Of a stretch of 54,455 bases of DNA, positions 38,801 to 48,443 are shown piece by piece. Each line of letters opens with the position of its first letter. Position 1 is the first letter of the stretch. This stretch comes from an uncultured Gemmatimonadota bacterium (GTDB lineage: Bacteria; SM23-81; DAOVCL01), in the NCBI GenBank assembly GCA_964626665.1, contig CAZVGK010000025.1:1-54455 (forward strand). The letters run 5' to 3'. The notes under the pieces were generated by a model. The model saw nothing but the letters and a program-made list of their open reading frames with translations. It was not told where the DNA came from and ran no database searches. The position numbers were made by a program, and so were the translations under genes.

Positions 38801-40559
38801 TGAGAGAGTCACACGTTTTCCCATAGGTGGCGTTTCGTATTATAAGGATGAGGGACTGGAGAGGATGAAAACCTACTTCTATCTGGTTACCTCTGTTGAC
38901 TCGTCGGGAAATGAGAGCAAACCAACATCCCCTGAAAAAGCCTGGACATCGATGGACAACTTAGAGGGATGGCCTATCGATGTAACCCCGGGCAGACCGC
39001 ACTTTTCCTCTCCCGTTATCTCTGATGTGGACAGCATTCCTGGGATGGAGATATTCATCGGCTGTTATTTGTCAGATAGGCTATATGGCTGGCATCATAC
39101 CGGGGTAGAGATCTATGACCTGGATAATGATCCTAATACGGTAAGTGGATTTGCCCCTACAGATGGTGATATATGGGACTCACCTGCCCTTGGCGATCTG
39201 GATGGAGATGGGAAAATGGAGGTAGTGGTTAGCAGTGGAGATAAACTCTATGCCTGGCATATAGATGACAGAAATGGTGACGGTAGGCCAGACTCTTTAT
39301 CTGGTTGGCCAGTGGCTTGCCCCAGTATGATTGCCTCTCCCGTGATTGCTGACTTAGATGGAGATGGAGATGCAGAGGTGGTCTGTGAAACGAAGAATGG
39401 AAGCGTGTATGTGTTTGACCATAATGGTAATATCCTCCCTGGATGGCCTAAGACTGGTTTAGGGGAGGTTGCATACTCAACACCTGCTGTAGCCGATCTT
39501 GATGGGGATAACCATTTGGAGATCATAGCTGCGGTAAGGGAGTCTGTATATGTCTGGAGAGATAATGGGGAAAAATTTCCTGGAGATTGGCCTTTCTATG
39601 CCGGATCATACACTACCCCATCTCCAGCCGTTGGTGATTTGAATAAGGACGGAACTTTGGAGATCGTCTGTGCCAGCCTGTATAAGGTTTATGTTCTGGA
39701 GCCGGATGGTTCCCCTATGTCGGGATGGGAGGAAGGGAGAAGTGCTTACCTTGATTTAGGGTATGGAAATGCCTCTTCTCCTGTGATTGGTGACATCATC
39801 GACGATGATTGCTTAGAGGTAGTTATCAGCGGGAAGAACTATCTCTACGCCTGGGACTGTCACGGTGACCCCTTGCCCGGATGGCCAATTAAATTTAAAG
39901 GCTCCTGGTCCAGCCCTGCCTTGGGGGATATCGATGGGGATGGGGAGGTGGAGATCATAGTGGGTTCTGGAGAAAAGAATGTATATGCCTTCCACAGCGA
40001 CGGCAGCCTTCTCGAGGGATTCCCCCTCATTACTTGGGATGTCGTGAACAACTCCCCGGCCATAGGGGATTTAGATGGGGATGGAGATATGGAGATCGTG
40101 GCGGGGAGTCATAACTATTTGGTGTATATCTGGGACTGTCAGGGGGACTCATCATCTCATAGGATAGAATGGGGGATGTTTCATCACGATTATCAACATA
40201 CAGGTTGGTATGAATTTGTCCCACCGAATGGGATTCCTGAGTCCCCATCTCACAACCTGAGCCTATCTAAGAGGGCTGAGCTATACCAGAACTATCCCAA
40301 TCCGTTTAATGCAAATACTGCGATCAGCTATCAGTTGTCAGCGGTTGGCGGTCAGCGGTCAGAAGTCAGCTTAAGGATTTATAATATTCTGGGTCAGAAG
40401 GTGAAAACCCTGGTGGAGGCGAAGCAGGGGCCAGGCCATTATAGGGTAATCTGGGATGGCAGGAACGATAGGGAGAAGACAGTGGCCAGTGGGATCTACC
40501 TCTTCAGGTTAAAATTGGGCAAATTTGAATCCTTGAAGAAGGGGGTGTTAATCCGATGA
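35883..40559 (+). CDS. Secreted C25 (gingipain-family) cysteine peptidase with FN3, FG-GAP/VCBS repeats and FlgD-Ig-like C-terminal domain
   Basis: Signal peptide; GEPKLP propeptide; YVLLGGD, TDLYY, FVGRLP, NHYDHG, FSCYC and LGDP motifs; repeated SPA.GDLDGDG; QNYPNPFN..IYNILGQKV..WDG..ASGIY. Confidence 0.9.
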   Translation: MKKIIFLSLILMATLAGDAFAQPGAKVTFPQGDISFSSRKGYDLVSFPGCEFTSKVGEPKLPVKQLSFVLPPYQRVKGVVVRSKHQVELKGEFLIFPVQQPIPVGPQAQSQEFVLPKPEIYNSHKLYPSEAIRITSNGYSFGYHLVSIEVYPLQYIPGEKKLFLNEEIDFSFEMGENEVGPAPVMKRRLRTQRQIEKMIKGLVYNPNDVDIYSNPPLHLVGEIKKIEGFNLEKVKSSPDLVAEYVIITADSLVDQFQPLADWRMREGIPAAIVTLSWIESLYRGCDLQEKIRNFIKDAYSNLGTSYVLLGGDTEIVPVRMGWAKNQAIPTDLYYSAIDGNWNWDGDSQFGESSQDDKSPDLFVGRLPVRDRGDGANLVRKTLRYERNPDMSYLRKMLFLGASVTLDTTEHIGQDTKDTISLYPDIFNEMKICKLYSRFAQTGGDAELNSQNVVDSLNSGYGIVNHYDHGAKYEIDTGYRTGGGKLEITDVDSLHNDYKPFIIFSFSCYCAAFDYDCIAEHFLLHPTGGALAFIGHSRSATTNQDYDDKYFFQALFDSLYPRIGQAFLNTQTRISDSYVIYNLTFLGDPGMPVWTHPPESLSVDYSPTIFTEDSNFVVTVKDLTTSVPLEGALVCLKKGDENYNFGYTDVTGKADFSLTPDTPGTLLVTVTAFCRDVGGDTKSYLPHQGCCIVESSEQAHLYLEDFTIYDSVSLGFDGNGDGLANAGETIGLIISLGNSGLVAADSVWALFSTASDSVDLIDSTAFFRNLPSGVVVTSLDTVVLNIKKDCPDRELLKFQIWITDDSNNVWDDSLKLKAYAPELSHIGHFVDDGSNHQADPGDTIRLPIRVANYGWGSARDVVAMLSTRSSHISIFSDSIYLGDIPSNSVMERDSGFRFYLLADYDAQKDSLELSMRDHYGRIWDSGFELSPPDTVRSLEVTGGTDFIDLKWTPNSDVDLMGYNVYRSDSLDGPFERVTRFPIGGVSYYKDEGLERMKTYFYLVTSVDSSGNESKPTSPEKAWTSMDNLEGWPIDVTPGRPHFSSPVISDVDSIPGMEIFIGCYLSDRLYGWHHTGVEIYDLDNDPNTVSGFAPTDGDIWDSPALGDLDGDGKMEVVVSSGDKLYAWHIDDRNGDGRPDSLSGWPVACPSMIASPVIADLDGDGDAEVVCETKNGSVYVFDHNGNILPGWPKTGLGEVAYSTPAVADLDGDNHLEIIAAVRESVYVWRDNGEKFPGDWPFYAGSYTTPSPAVGDLNKDGTLEIVCASLYKVYVLEPDGSPMSGWEEGRSAYLDLGYGNASSPVIGDIIDDDCLEVVISGKNYLYAWDCHGDPLPGWPIKFKGSWSSPALGDIDGDGEVEIIVGSGEKNVYAFHSDGSLLEGFPLITWDVVNNSPAIGDLDGDGDMEIVAGSHNYLVYIWDCQGDSSSHRIEWGMFHHDYQHTGWYEFVPPNGIPESPSHNLSLSKRAELYQNYPNPFNANTAISYQLSAVGGQRSEVSLRIYNILGQKVKTLVEAKQGPGHYRVIWDGRNDREKTVASGIYLFRLKLGKFESLKKGVLIR

Positions 40560-40674
40560 AGAGGCTAACCTCTTTTTTTGTATTTTCTTTCTCCTGGCTC
40601 ATCACTTCCAACCTCTCTTTCTGTATGTTTCAAAACCATAAGAGAAGATTTGCCAGGAGGATGGTTTTTATCAA

Positions 40675-41640
40675 GTGATCCCTCGTTTTGATGTCCAGAA
40701 TTACACCCCGGACTTGCGGGGGGAATGGGAGGATTTCGTGCAGGGAGCGGACAATGGCACCATCTTCCACCTGCAGAGGTTCTTTGACTACCATCCCGCA
40801 GGGAGGTTCGCCCATCGCCATCTCATCTTTAGGAGGGATGGGAAGATCTTCGCCCTTTTCCCAGTTGCCTTCCAAGATGGTGTCCTCTCCTCCCATTCCG
40901 GTGCCTCCTATGGGGGGTTTGTGGTGAAGAGAGGGTTGGGGATCAGGGAAGCCCTGGGCTTGGTCCGGGGCCTTTTGGAATATGCTCAGGATCAGGGGAT
41001 AAAGGGGATTAGACTTACTATTCCTCCGCTTATCTATTGGACCCATCAAAACAACTATTTAGACTTTGCCCTCTTAAGAAATGGCTTTGGCTATGAGAAG
41101 AGGGAGTTGACCAGTGTCATTGGGCTTTCCTATAAATCGGAGGAGGAGATACTCTCCACTTTCAAGAATGAGGCCAGAACTGCAGTGAGAAAGGCCCAGA
41201 AGTCTGGGGTTCTGGTAACCGAATCCGATGACCTGCCGGCCTTCTATCAGATCCTCAAAAAAAACCTCTGGCTGAGACACAATGTTACCCCCACCCATTC
41301 CCTGGATGAGCTCATTCTCTTAAAAAAACTTTTCCCTAAAAGGATTAAGCTATTTTCTGCCTTTTACCAGGGGAAACAGGTGGCTGGTGTGGTGCTCTTT
41401 GTCTGTAACCAAAAGGTTGTTTTGGCCTTTTATATCAGTCACGATCAGGATTACCAGCATCTACGGTCGGTGAACCTCCTCTTCTATGATTCCCTGAGTT
41501 GGGCCTGGAAAAAGGGGTTCCAGTGGTTTGACCTGGGAACATTCACCTTAAATATGGAACCCAACATTGGGCTGGGGAGATTTAAGGAGAATTTTGGGGC
41601 CCAGGGCTATTTTCGGGATACCCTTAGCTGGGGGATATGA
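40675..41640 (+). CDS. GNAT/FemAB-like acyltransferase
   Basis: W..FV....NGTIFH..FFDYH, SHSGASYGG, RTAVRKA.K.GV and GL.RFKENFGA motifs. Confidence 0.82.
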   Translation: MIPRFDVQNYTPDLRGEWEDFVQGADNGTIFHLQRFFDYHPAGRFAHRHLIFRRDGKIFALFPVAFQDGVLSSHSGASYGGFVVKRGLGIREALGLVRGLLEYAQDQGIKGIRLTIPPLIYWTHQNNYLDFALLRNGFGYEKRELTSVIGLSYKSEEEILSTFKNEARTAVRKAQKSGVLVTESDDLPAFYQILKKNLWLRHNVTPTHSLDELILLKKLFPKRIKLFSAFYQGKQVAGVVLFVCNQKVVLAFYISHDQDYQHLRSVNLLFYDSLSWAWKKGFQWFDLGTFTLNMEPNIGLGRFKENFGAQGYFRDTLSWGI

Positions 41641-42344
41641 AGAGAAGAGCTCTTCGGCTACAGGAAAGGGCCAAATGGGCGAAGGGAAAAATCAGGCAGA
41701 TTGAGGGCTCTTACCGCTTTACCAGCGAGTTGTTCGATGAGTTGATCAAGGAAAACAGGGGTAAGGGTAAGGTCTGGCTGGATGCCGGTTGCGGGAGAAA
41801 TGGGCTCATAGAAGAGTTTAAGGGTGGTTATGGCCTGGCCGTAGGGGTGGATCGAAGAGAAGAGGGATCAGGGAAATTTGTCAGGGCTGATCTCTCTTGC
41901 CTTCCCTTTAAAGAGAGCAGATTTGATTTCATCACCTGCAAATGGGTCGTGGAACATCTCGCCTATCCCCAAAAGGTGATAGATGAACTAAGGAGGGTCT
42001 TAGTCCCCAGGGGTAGGCTCCTTATTCAGACTCCCAACCGCAATCACTTCCTCCTCCTTGGTTCGAGGTTGCTCCCTTCTTTTCTCAAGTCTTGGTTGAT
42101 AGCATTTTTCTTCGGCTCCCATAAAGAGCGATTTCCTACCTTTTACCGGGCGAATACCCCATCGAAGCTGAGAGGATTCATTGAAAATGGCGGGCTCAAG
42201 GTGGAGAGGATGGTTCTCAATGAGGATCTGTTTTGCTTCTCCAAACTTGCCTTCTGGTTTTCCTACCTTTTTCTGAGATTGACCCAGAGGAGAGGATGGC
42301 AGGGGTTAAGGTCCAGCATTCTCCTCTTGGCCCGGCGCAGGTAA
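41637..42344 (+). CDS. Class I SAM-dependent methyltransferase
   Basis: WLDAGCGRNG, LPF....FD, VVEHL and RVL.P.G motifs. Confidence 0.85.
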   Translation: MKRRALRLQERAKWAKGKIRQIEGSYRFTSELFDELIKENRGKGKVWLDAGCGRNGLIEEFKGGYGLAVGVDRREEGSGKFVRADLSCLPFKESRFDFITCKWVVEHLAYPQKVIDELRRVLVPRGRLLIQTPNRNHFLLLGSRLLPSFLKSWLIAFFFGSHKERFPTFYRANTPSKLRGFIENGGLKVERMVLNEDLFCFSKLAFWFSYLFLRLTQRRGWQGLRSSILLLARRR

Positions 42345-42351
42345 TATAAGT

Positions 42352-43425
42352 ATGCGTAAGATCCTTCACATCGCCGTCTCCAACATCGCCGGTGTCCCCT
42401 TGGAGTTTGTGCGGGCGGAGAGGGCCCGCGGTTACTATTCTCGCCTGATTACATTTACCCCTAACCCCTATGGGTTTGGGGAGGATATCTGCTTGAATCT
42501 TCCCTGGTTGTCGGATCCTACCCAACGGTTCCTTAAGAGGCTACTTGGATATAAGGGCCCCACCGTGGCCAACCTGAGGGCCAAACCATCTCGGATCCCC
42601 CCAGTTTGGAGCCCCTCAAATCGGCTTGTATCCTGGTTGTTCGATCTCAGAGATCTAATCTGGAAGAATAAGATTAGAAGGTTTTCCCAGGGATTTGACC
42701 TTTTCGGATTCGATGTCTACCAACTTGATGGGGGTTTAGGTTTTACCCGCAGGGGGGAGATTATCAGAAGGCTAAAACAAAAGGGGAAAAAGATAGTCTG
42801 TTGCTACTTGGGAAGTGACCTGAGGTCCCGCGGGGTAATCCCAGAGATCGATAGGCTTAGCGACCTCAATTTGACCCTGGAGTTCGATCACCTGAGCCTG
42901 CATCCCAATATCCATCACATCTTCTTCCCCTTTAACCCCTGGAAGTATAGGCCGAGGGAGAGGAGGAATCGGAGGTTACGGATCTGCCATTCCCCCAGCC
43001 AGAGGAAGGCTAAGGGGACGGAGAAGATCATCTCCACGGTCAAGGAGTTGGAGAAGGATTACCCGGTTGAGCTTGTTCTCATTGAAAGCCTTTCCCATAA
43101 CAGGGCCATGGCACTTCTCTCCTCCTGCGATATTGCCATAGACCAATTAGGTGAGCTCGGTTATGGGATCAGCTCCTTAGAGACCCTCTCTATGGGTATC
43201 CCCACTTGCACCTGTCTTTTGCCTGATTATGAGAGTTACATACCAGATCATCCTTTTGTAAATGTCAACGAGGGCAATCTAAGGAAAAGGTTGATTGAAC
43301 TCATTGAGAATGAGAACTACCGGCGGCGAAAGGGGTTGGAGGGAAGATATTGGGTGGAGAGCCATCACGACTCCCGCCAGGTAGTGAAGGGAATCTATGA
43401 GCTATTGGCCAAAGAGACTTCTTAA
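42352..43425 (+). CDS. GT-B glycosyltransferase
   Basis: GSDLR, ICHSPSQRKAKGT and CDIAIDQL..GYGISSLETLSMGIP motifs. Confidence 0.82.
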   Translation: MRKILHIAVSNIAGVPLEFVRAERARGYYSRLITFTPNPYGFGEDICLNLPWLSDPTQRFLKRLLGYKGPTVANLRAKPSRIPPVWSPSNRLVSWLFDLRDLIWKNKIRRFSQGFDLFGFDVYQLDGGLGFTRRGEIIRRLKQKGKKIVCCYLGSDLRSRGVIPEIDRLSDLNLTLEFDHLSLHPNIHHIFFPFNPWKYRPRERRNRRLRICHSPSQRKAKGTEKIISTVKELEKDYPVELVLIESLSHNRAMALLSSCDIAIDQLGELGYGISSLETLSMGIPTCTCLLPDYESYIPDHPFVNVNEGNLRKRLIELIENENYRRRKGLEGRYWVESHHDSRQVVKGIYELLAKETS

Positions 43426-44812
43426 ACAGAGCCTCATCTATGGAATGGGAGATGTGGCCGGCAAGCTCCTCAAGTTTCTCCTTATCCCGGTGTATACCGC
43501 CTACCTTCTGCCCTCTGAATATGGGATTTTGAACCTCTGTTTGCTCTACTCCGGTTTTGCCGCAGTCTTCTGCTTTTGGGGGGTGAACTCGGCCTTCTTC
43601 CGCTACTTTGTTCCCCAGGAAAGGGAGAAGGGAAACTCAGATAGTTTCAGCAATGTCTTCCTGCTGGTCACCATATTCTCCCTGCTGGTTTTTTTCCTCT
43701 CTTACCTTTTTTCCCGTTCCCTCTCCTGGTTTCTTTTGGGTTCGGCCTCAGAGGCCTATCTCATCAGGATTACCGCCATCTCCGTTTTGGTGAACTCGCC
43801 TTTGGCCACCCTCCTCCTGCTCTACAGGGCGGAGGGGAAACCCATCTCCTATGTAAAGGTAACCGTCGCTAAGCTCTTTGTCGCCCTCCTCTGCAACCTC
43901 TATCTGGTTGTCGGCCTAAAGATGGGGGTGAGAGGGGTTCTTTACAGCGACATTATCTCCAGTGCCCTTCTTCTCCTCTTCCTTTTGATCAAACTTTTCC
44001 CTTACCTTAGTCTCCACATCTCTTTAAACCTGTCCAGGAAACTCCTTAGTTATGGAATCCCTCTCGTCCCGGCCGTTCTCTCCGGGGTGGTTATTATGCT
44101 CTCCGACAGGTATTTTATAGAGCTGTATCAAGGGGCAAAGGCGGTGGGGATATACTCCTTGGGATATAGGGTGGGCATAGTGGTCAATTTGGCGGTGATG
44201 GCTTTTAACTTCTCCTGGTCACCGGCGATCTTTAGGATTGTGAAGGAGGAGGGGGCGAAGAGGATATTTTCCGATGTCTTAAACCATTATGTGGCCCTGG
44301 TGGGTTTGATCCTTCTGGGTCTATACCTCTTCCAGAAAGAGATATTTTCCCTTTTTGTAAACGCCAGCTACCATCAGGGATTGGAGGTGGTCGTCCTTAT
44401 CGCCATCTCCTACTTCATCTATGGGCTCTATCTCAACTTTGAGGTGGGCTTGTATCTCAAGGACAAGACCCCTTATGTGACTTTGATTAGCTTGCTTGCA
44501 GCGAGCTTAAACATTGGCCTGAATCTCCTCCTTATCCCTCGGATGGGGATAAAGGGAGCGGCCTGGGCCACCCTCCTTTCCTATCTTTTTATGGCTGGTT
44601 TGGGGCTCTACCTCTCCCAGAGCCAATATCGGGTGAGATACGATCTGCGGAGGCTGGCGACAAATATCCTCCTGCTGGGTGGGATATGCTACCTCTCCTC
44701 TTTCTTCACCCTTCTAATCTATCGCGCCCTTCTCTTCCTCCCCTACCTTTTCTGGGTCCTGAAAGCCGAGTGGCCGCTGTTTCAGGGGGAGATATCGTTC
44801 GGCAATAAATAG
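43397..44812 (+). CDS. Wzx-like oligosaccharide flippase
   Basis: 12+ TM helices; P.YT.YL.PSEYG, SDRYFI, VGIYSLGY and LIP.MGI.GAAWATL motifs. Confidence 0.9.
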   Translation: MSYWPKRLLKQSLIYGMGDVAGKLLKFLLIPVYTAYLLPSEYGILNLCLLYSGFAAVFCFWGVNSAFFRYFVPQEREKGNSDSFSNVFLLVTIFSLLVFFLSYLFSRSLSWFLLGSASEAYLIRITAISVLVNSPLATLLLLYRAEGKPISYVKVTVAKLFVALLCNLYLVVGLKMGVRGVLYSDIISSALLLLFLLIKLFPYLSLHISLNLSRKLLSYGIPLVPAVLSGVVIMLSDRYFIELYQGAKAVGIYSLGYRVGIVVNLAVMAFNFSWSPAIFRIVKEEGAKRIFSDVLNHYVALVGLILLGLYLFQKEIFSLFVNASYHQGLEVVVLIAISYFIYGLYLNFEVGLYLKDKTPYVTLISLLAASLNIGLNLLLIPRMGIKGAAWATLLSYLFMAGLGLYLSQSQYRVRYDLRRLATNILLLGGICYLSSFFTLLIYRALLFLPYLFWVLKAEWPLFQGEISFGNK

Positions 44813-44832
44813 GGACAATTCACGAGTTGCCC

Positions 44833-45903
44833 CTACCTTTGGATGATCTTCTGAACCTCCTTTTCGTCCAATTTCCTTAACACCTCCACCAAAAGCTTGA
44901 CGGCGTTCTCATAGTCATCCCGATGGAGGATGCCCACATGGCCGTGGATATACCTGGTGGGTATCCCCATAGTGAGGGTGGGCACGCCAAATTTGTTCAG
45001 GTGGATCCTCCCCCCATTCGTTCCTCCTCCCTCAATGGAGGTGAAGTGATAGGGGATCTTATGGGCCTCAGCGGTGTCCACCACCAGATCCCGCAGCCTA
45101 CAGTTGGGGATCATACTCCCATCGTAAACCAAGATCGATGGCCCTCCCCCCAACTTCTCCGGTTTGTCCTCAAAATCGGGCATATCCCTTGCCAGGCTGA
45201 CATCAAGGGCAAAGGCCAAATCCGGGCTTACCTGGTTGGAGCTGGTGATGGCTCCCCTTAATCCCACCTCTTCCTGCACGGTGCCCACCCCGTAGATGGT
45301 GTTGGGATGGGGGATCTGGGTCATTTTCTCCAAGACCTGGATCACCAGGGCACAGCCGATACGGTTGTCCCAGGCCTTGGCCATGTATGCCTTTTTGTTG
45401 TTCATCACCGTAAAAGGACTTAGCGGGGTGATGGGATCTCCCGGGCGGATTCCCAACCTCTTCTTTACATCGAAGTCGGATGATGCCCCCACATCGATAT
45501 ACATATCCTTGATGGGGAGGACCTTCTTCTTCTCCTCAGCCTCGAGCTCATGGGGCGGTTTAGAGCCCACCACCCCAACCACACCCCCTTGGGATGTCCT
45601 GATGCTCACCCTCTGAGAGAGAATAACATGGCCCCACCAGCCACCCAGAGGGAGGAATCTGACAAAGCCCCCCTTGGTTATCTCCTTCACCATAAACCCC
45701 ACCTCATCCATATGCCCGGCCAGCATCACCTTGGGATGTGCGGAGGTTCCTTTCTGTTCGGCAATCAGGCTTCCTAAGTTATCATAAGAGATCTCAGCCA
45801 CCGCGGAGAGGCGCTTAGCCATTATGCGGGAAACCTCCTCCTCGTGCCCAGAAACCCCGTGGGCCTCGGTCAATTCCTTGAATAGTTCCTCAGTTTGGTC
45901 CAA
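44833..45903 (-). CDS. M42 family metallo-aminopeptidase
   Basis: AGHMDEVG, KAWDNRIG, TVQEEVGLRGA and PTRYIH motifs. Confidence 0.93.
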   Translation of the reverse strand: MDQTEELFKELTEAHGVSGHEEEVSRIMAKRLSAVAEISYDNLGSLIAEQKGTSAHPKVMLAGHMDEVGFMVKEITKGGFVRFLPLGGWWGHVILSQRVSIRTSQGGVVGVVGSKPPHELEAEEKKKVLPIKDMYIDVGASSDFDVKKRLGIRPGDPITPLSPFTVMNNKKAYMAKAWDNRIGCALVIQVLEKMTQIPHPNTIYGVGTVQEEVGLRGAITSSNQVSPDLAFALDVSLARDMPDFEDKPEKLGGGPSILVYDGSMIPNCRLRDLVVDTAEAHKIPYHFTSIEGGGTNGGRIHLNKFGVPTLTMGIPTRYIHGHVGILHRDDYENAVKLLVEVLRKLDEKEVQKIIQR

Positions 45904-46882
45904 CTTGTCCTCCTTTTTTTAGGGCTAGCTTAATTATCCTTTCCACCAATTGGTCAAAGCCTATCCCTGCTGCCTGGGCGGCCATGGGAACCAGGCTGGT
46001 GGGGGTCATTCCGGGCAGGGTGTTTACCTCTAAGCAATAGAGCTCCCCATCATCGCCGTAGCGAAAGTCGCCCCGGGCATAACCCTCACACCTCAAGAGC
46101 TCAAAGGCCTGAAGGGCCAACTCTTTTATCCTCTTGGTCACTTGAGGTGGGATATGAGCCGGGACTACATAGCGGCTTTTCCCCTTTGTATATTTGTGTT
46201 GGTAATCATAAAAGCCCTCCTGAGGAATAACCTCCACCACAGGTAGAGGCTCCTTGTCCAAAATGCCCACGGTTAACTCCCTTCCTGCGATATACTTTTC
46301 TATGAGGGTTTCCTGGTCAAACCGCTGGGCAAAGTTCAGGGCCTCTTCAAGTCCCCCCTCTTCTTTAATTATGCTTGTCCCCACCGTTGACCCCTGGGAT
46401 GCCGGCTTGACCACTACGGGGAAGCCAAACCCATCCCTTATCTTTTCTGCTATCTTTTCCTTCCCCTCCTTGATGACAAACCAGGCAGGTGTGCTGATGC
46501 CCGCCCCCTGGAAGAGGAGCTTGGCCGTGGGCTTGTGCATGGCCAGAGCGCTGGCCAAAAGGCCGGAGCCGGTGTAGGGGATACCAGCGAGATCCAGTAA
46601 GGATTGGATGGTGCCATCCTCTCCCTTTCCCCCGTGAAGGGCCAAAAAGACCACCTCCGCCTGGGCTAAGGCCGGGGATTTGACCATCTCCCGGATGGGG
46701 AGTAGAGATTTTGACCTGTGCTCTAAAGGTTTGGTCCCCCCCGGCAAAGGCCCACCTGAAGCTGGGTCCAAGCCCATCACCTCGTAGCCCAACCTTCTCA
46801 GGGCATCCATCACCCCCTTTGCGGTGGAGAGGGAGATCTCCCTCTCTGCGGAATCCCCACCCATAAGGACTAATACCTTCAT
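45890..46882 (-). CDS. ddl: D-alanine--D-alanine ligase
   Basis: GGDSAEREIS, LHGGKGEDGTIQ and LEVNTLPGMT motifs. Confidence 0.96.
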   Translation of the reverse strand: MKVLVLMGGDSAEREISLSTAKGVMDALRRLGYEVMGLDPASGGPLPGGTKPLEHRSKSLLPIREMVKSPALAQAEVVFLALHGGKGEDGTIQSLLDLAGIPYTGSGLLASALAMHKPTAKLLFQGAGISTPAWFVIKEGKEKIAEKIRDGFGFPVVVKPASQGSTVGTSIIKEEGGLEEALNFAQRFDQETLIEKYIAGRELTVGILDKEPLPVVEVIPQEGFYDYQHKYTKGKSRYVVPAHIPPQVTKRIKELALQAFELLRCEGYARGDFRYGDDGELYCLEVNTLPGMTPTSLVPMAAQAAGIGFDQLVERIIKLALKKGGQVGPN

Positions 46883-47358
46883 TCTCCTTTTTCAGTTAAG
46901 AGGGCAACGGCCATAGCCTCCATCCCCTCCTCCCGGCCACTGAACCCCAGCCCCTCTGTGGTGGTGGCCTTCACCGATACCCTCCCCTTTTCAACCCCCA
47001 CGGAGGCGGCTACCTTTTCCCTCATCCGCGCAATATATTTAGCCAGCTTTGGTTCTTGGGCAATGATTACCGAGTCAATATAAGAGATGGAGAATCCCTG
47101 GGCAATCACCATCTGTCTTACCTCCTGCAGAAGTTTTAAGCTGGAAATCCCCTTATATTTGGGGTCATTGGCTGGGAAGTGTTGCCCTAAGTCACCCAGT
47201 CCAGAGGCCCCTAAAAGGGCATCGGCTATGCTGTGGCAGAGGAGATCAGCATCGGAATGACCCAAGAGACCTTTGGGGAAGTCAATCTCTTCCCCTCCCA
47301 GTACCAACTTCCTCCCCTCTACCAGGGGATGGGCATCATAACCTATTCCCACCCTCAT
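46879..47358 (-). CDS. ispF: 2-C-methyl-D-erythritol 2,4-cyclodiphosphate synthase
   Basis: GIGYDAH, GHSDAD and VKATTTEGLG motifs. Confidence 0.97.
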   Translation of the reverse strand: MRVGIGYDAHPLVEGRKLVLGGEEIDFPKGLLGHSDADLLCHSIADALLGASGLGDLGQHFPANDPKYKGISSLKLLQEVRQMVIAQGFSISYIDSVIIAQEPKLAKYIARMREKVAASVGVEKGRVSVKATTTEGLGFSGREEGMEAMAVALLTEKGE

Positions 47359-48047
47359 GGGATCTCTCCTCTCTTTCGCAGGATGGCCTCTACAAGGGGG
47401 AGATCCTCAGGTGAGGTCAGCTTCAGGTTTTCGCAGGAACCCTCCATAATCTTTACCCTCTGCCCAATTCTCTCCACTAAGGCCGAATCATCACTGGCCC
47501 CATATCCATCCTCATAGGCCCTTTTGTATGCTGAGAGGATCAGATTATAGGCAAAGGTCTGGGGGGTTTGGGCGGCCCAGAGAAAGGTCCGATCCAGGGT
47601 GCGGAAGACAAATCCCCCTTCCTCCCTCTTCACCGTATCGGTTATCCTCACTGCGGTGACCACCGCCTTATATCTCTGGCAGAGCTTAATGGACTCTTCC
47701 AGAAGTTTCGTGGTGATCAGGGGACGAGCCCCGTCGTGAATGAGAACAAGATCACAGTCACCTTCGATGGCCAGAATCCCTTGATAAACGGAGTCCTGTC
47801 TCCTCTTGCCCCCAGGGATTACCTTCTCTACCTTCCTCAGGCCAAACTTCTCCACTACCTCATTACGGATAAACCCTAAGTCCTTCTGGGGACTAACCAG
47901 GATGATCCCATCCACCAGGGAGGACTGCTCAAATGGCCCAAGGGTATAAACAATCAAGGGTTTCCCCCCAATGGAGAGAAACTGTTTCTTCTCTCCCATC
48001 CTCCTCCCCTCCCCGGCAGCGGCAATAATGGCTACATTCCTTCCCAT
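47355..48047 (-). CDS. ispD: 2-C-methyl-D-erythritol 4-phosphate cytidylyltransferase
   Basis: AAGEGRRMG..KQF, GG..RQDSV, IHDGARP and AQTPQ motifs. Confidence 0.96.
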   Translation of the reverse strand: MGRNVAIIAAAGEGRRMGEKKQFLSIGGKPLIVYTLGPFEQSSLVDGIILVSPQKDLGFIRNEVVEKFGLRKVEKVIPGGKRRQDSVYQGILAIEGDCDLVLIHDGARPLITTKLLEESIKLCQRYKAVVTAVRITDTVKREEGGFVFRTLDRTFLWAAQTPQTFAYNLILSAYKRAYEDGYGASDDSALVERIGQRVKIMEGSCENLKLTSPEDLPLVEAILRKRGEIP

Positions 48048-48049
48048 CT

Positions 48050-48443
48050 AACCTGAATAATTAGTGGGCCACAAAGGCACCAAGTTCTGATTAAATGTAG
48101 ACTAAACAAATGTTCAGAGCGCGGCAAAGCCGCAACCAAAAATCATCGTGTATCCTTCCCGTAGCTCGTTGCCCATTACTCGTTCCCCCCGCTTCCTACA
48201 CTTCTACCCGGCTTTAGCCGGGGTTGCGAGGGCTTTAGCCCTTGTTAAGAAGGGCCTAAAGGCCCTAAACCCGCACTGAAGTGCGGTAGAAGTTGGCTGC
48301 TCAAGCCTACCTAAGAAACTTTGCTCAAAAAACAAGATCTTGCCAAATCGTAGCACAGGGGGCGAGCGGAATTTAGTTGAATAAACAGGATTTTTTATGT
48401 TTGATCCTCTTAGTGGCTAAATTTATGAATGAATAGTTCGAGC
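48050..48443. repeat. Three-level nested repeat element between queA and ispD
   Basis: Outer element like 19468-19921, middle 48115-48358, inner 48202-48291. Confidence 0.7.

Noticed and set aside
39000-40120. Repeats inside the C25 gene as a DGR or mobile repeat
   Set aside because: They are protein-level FG-GAP repeats; no reverse transcriptase or TR/VR pair
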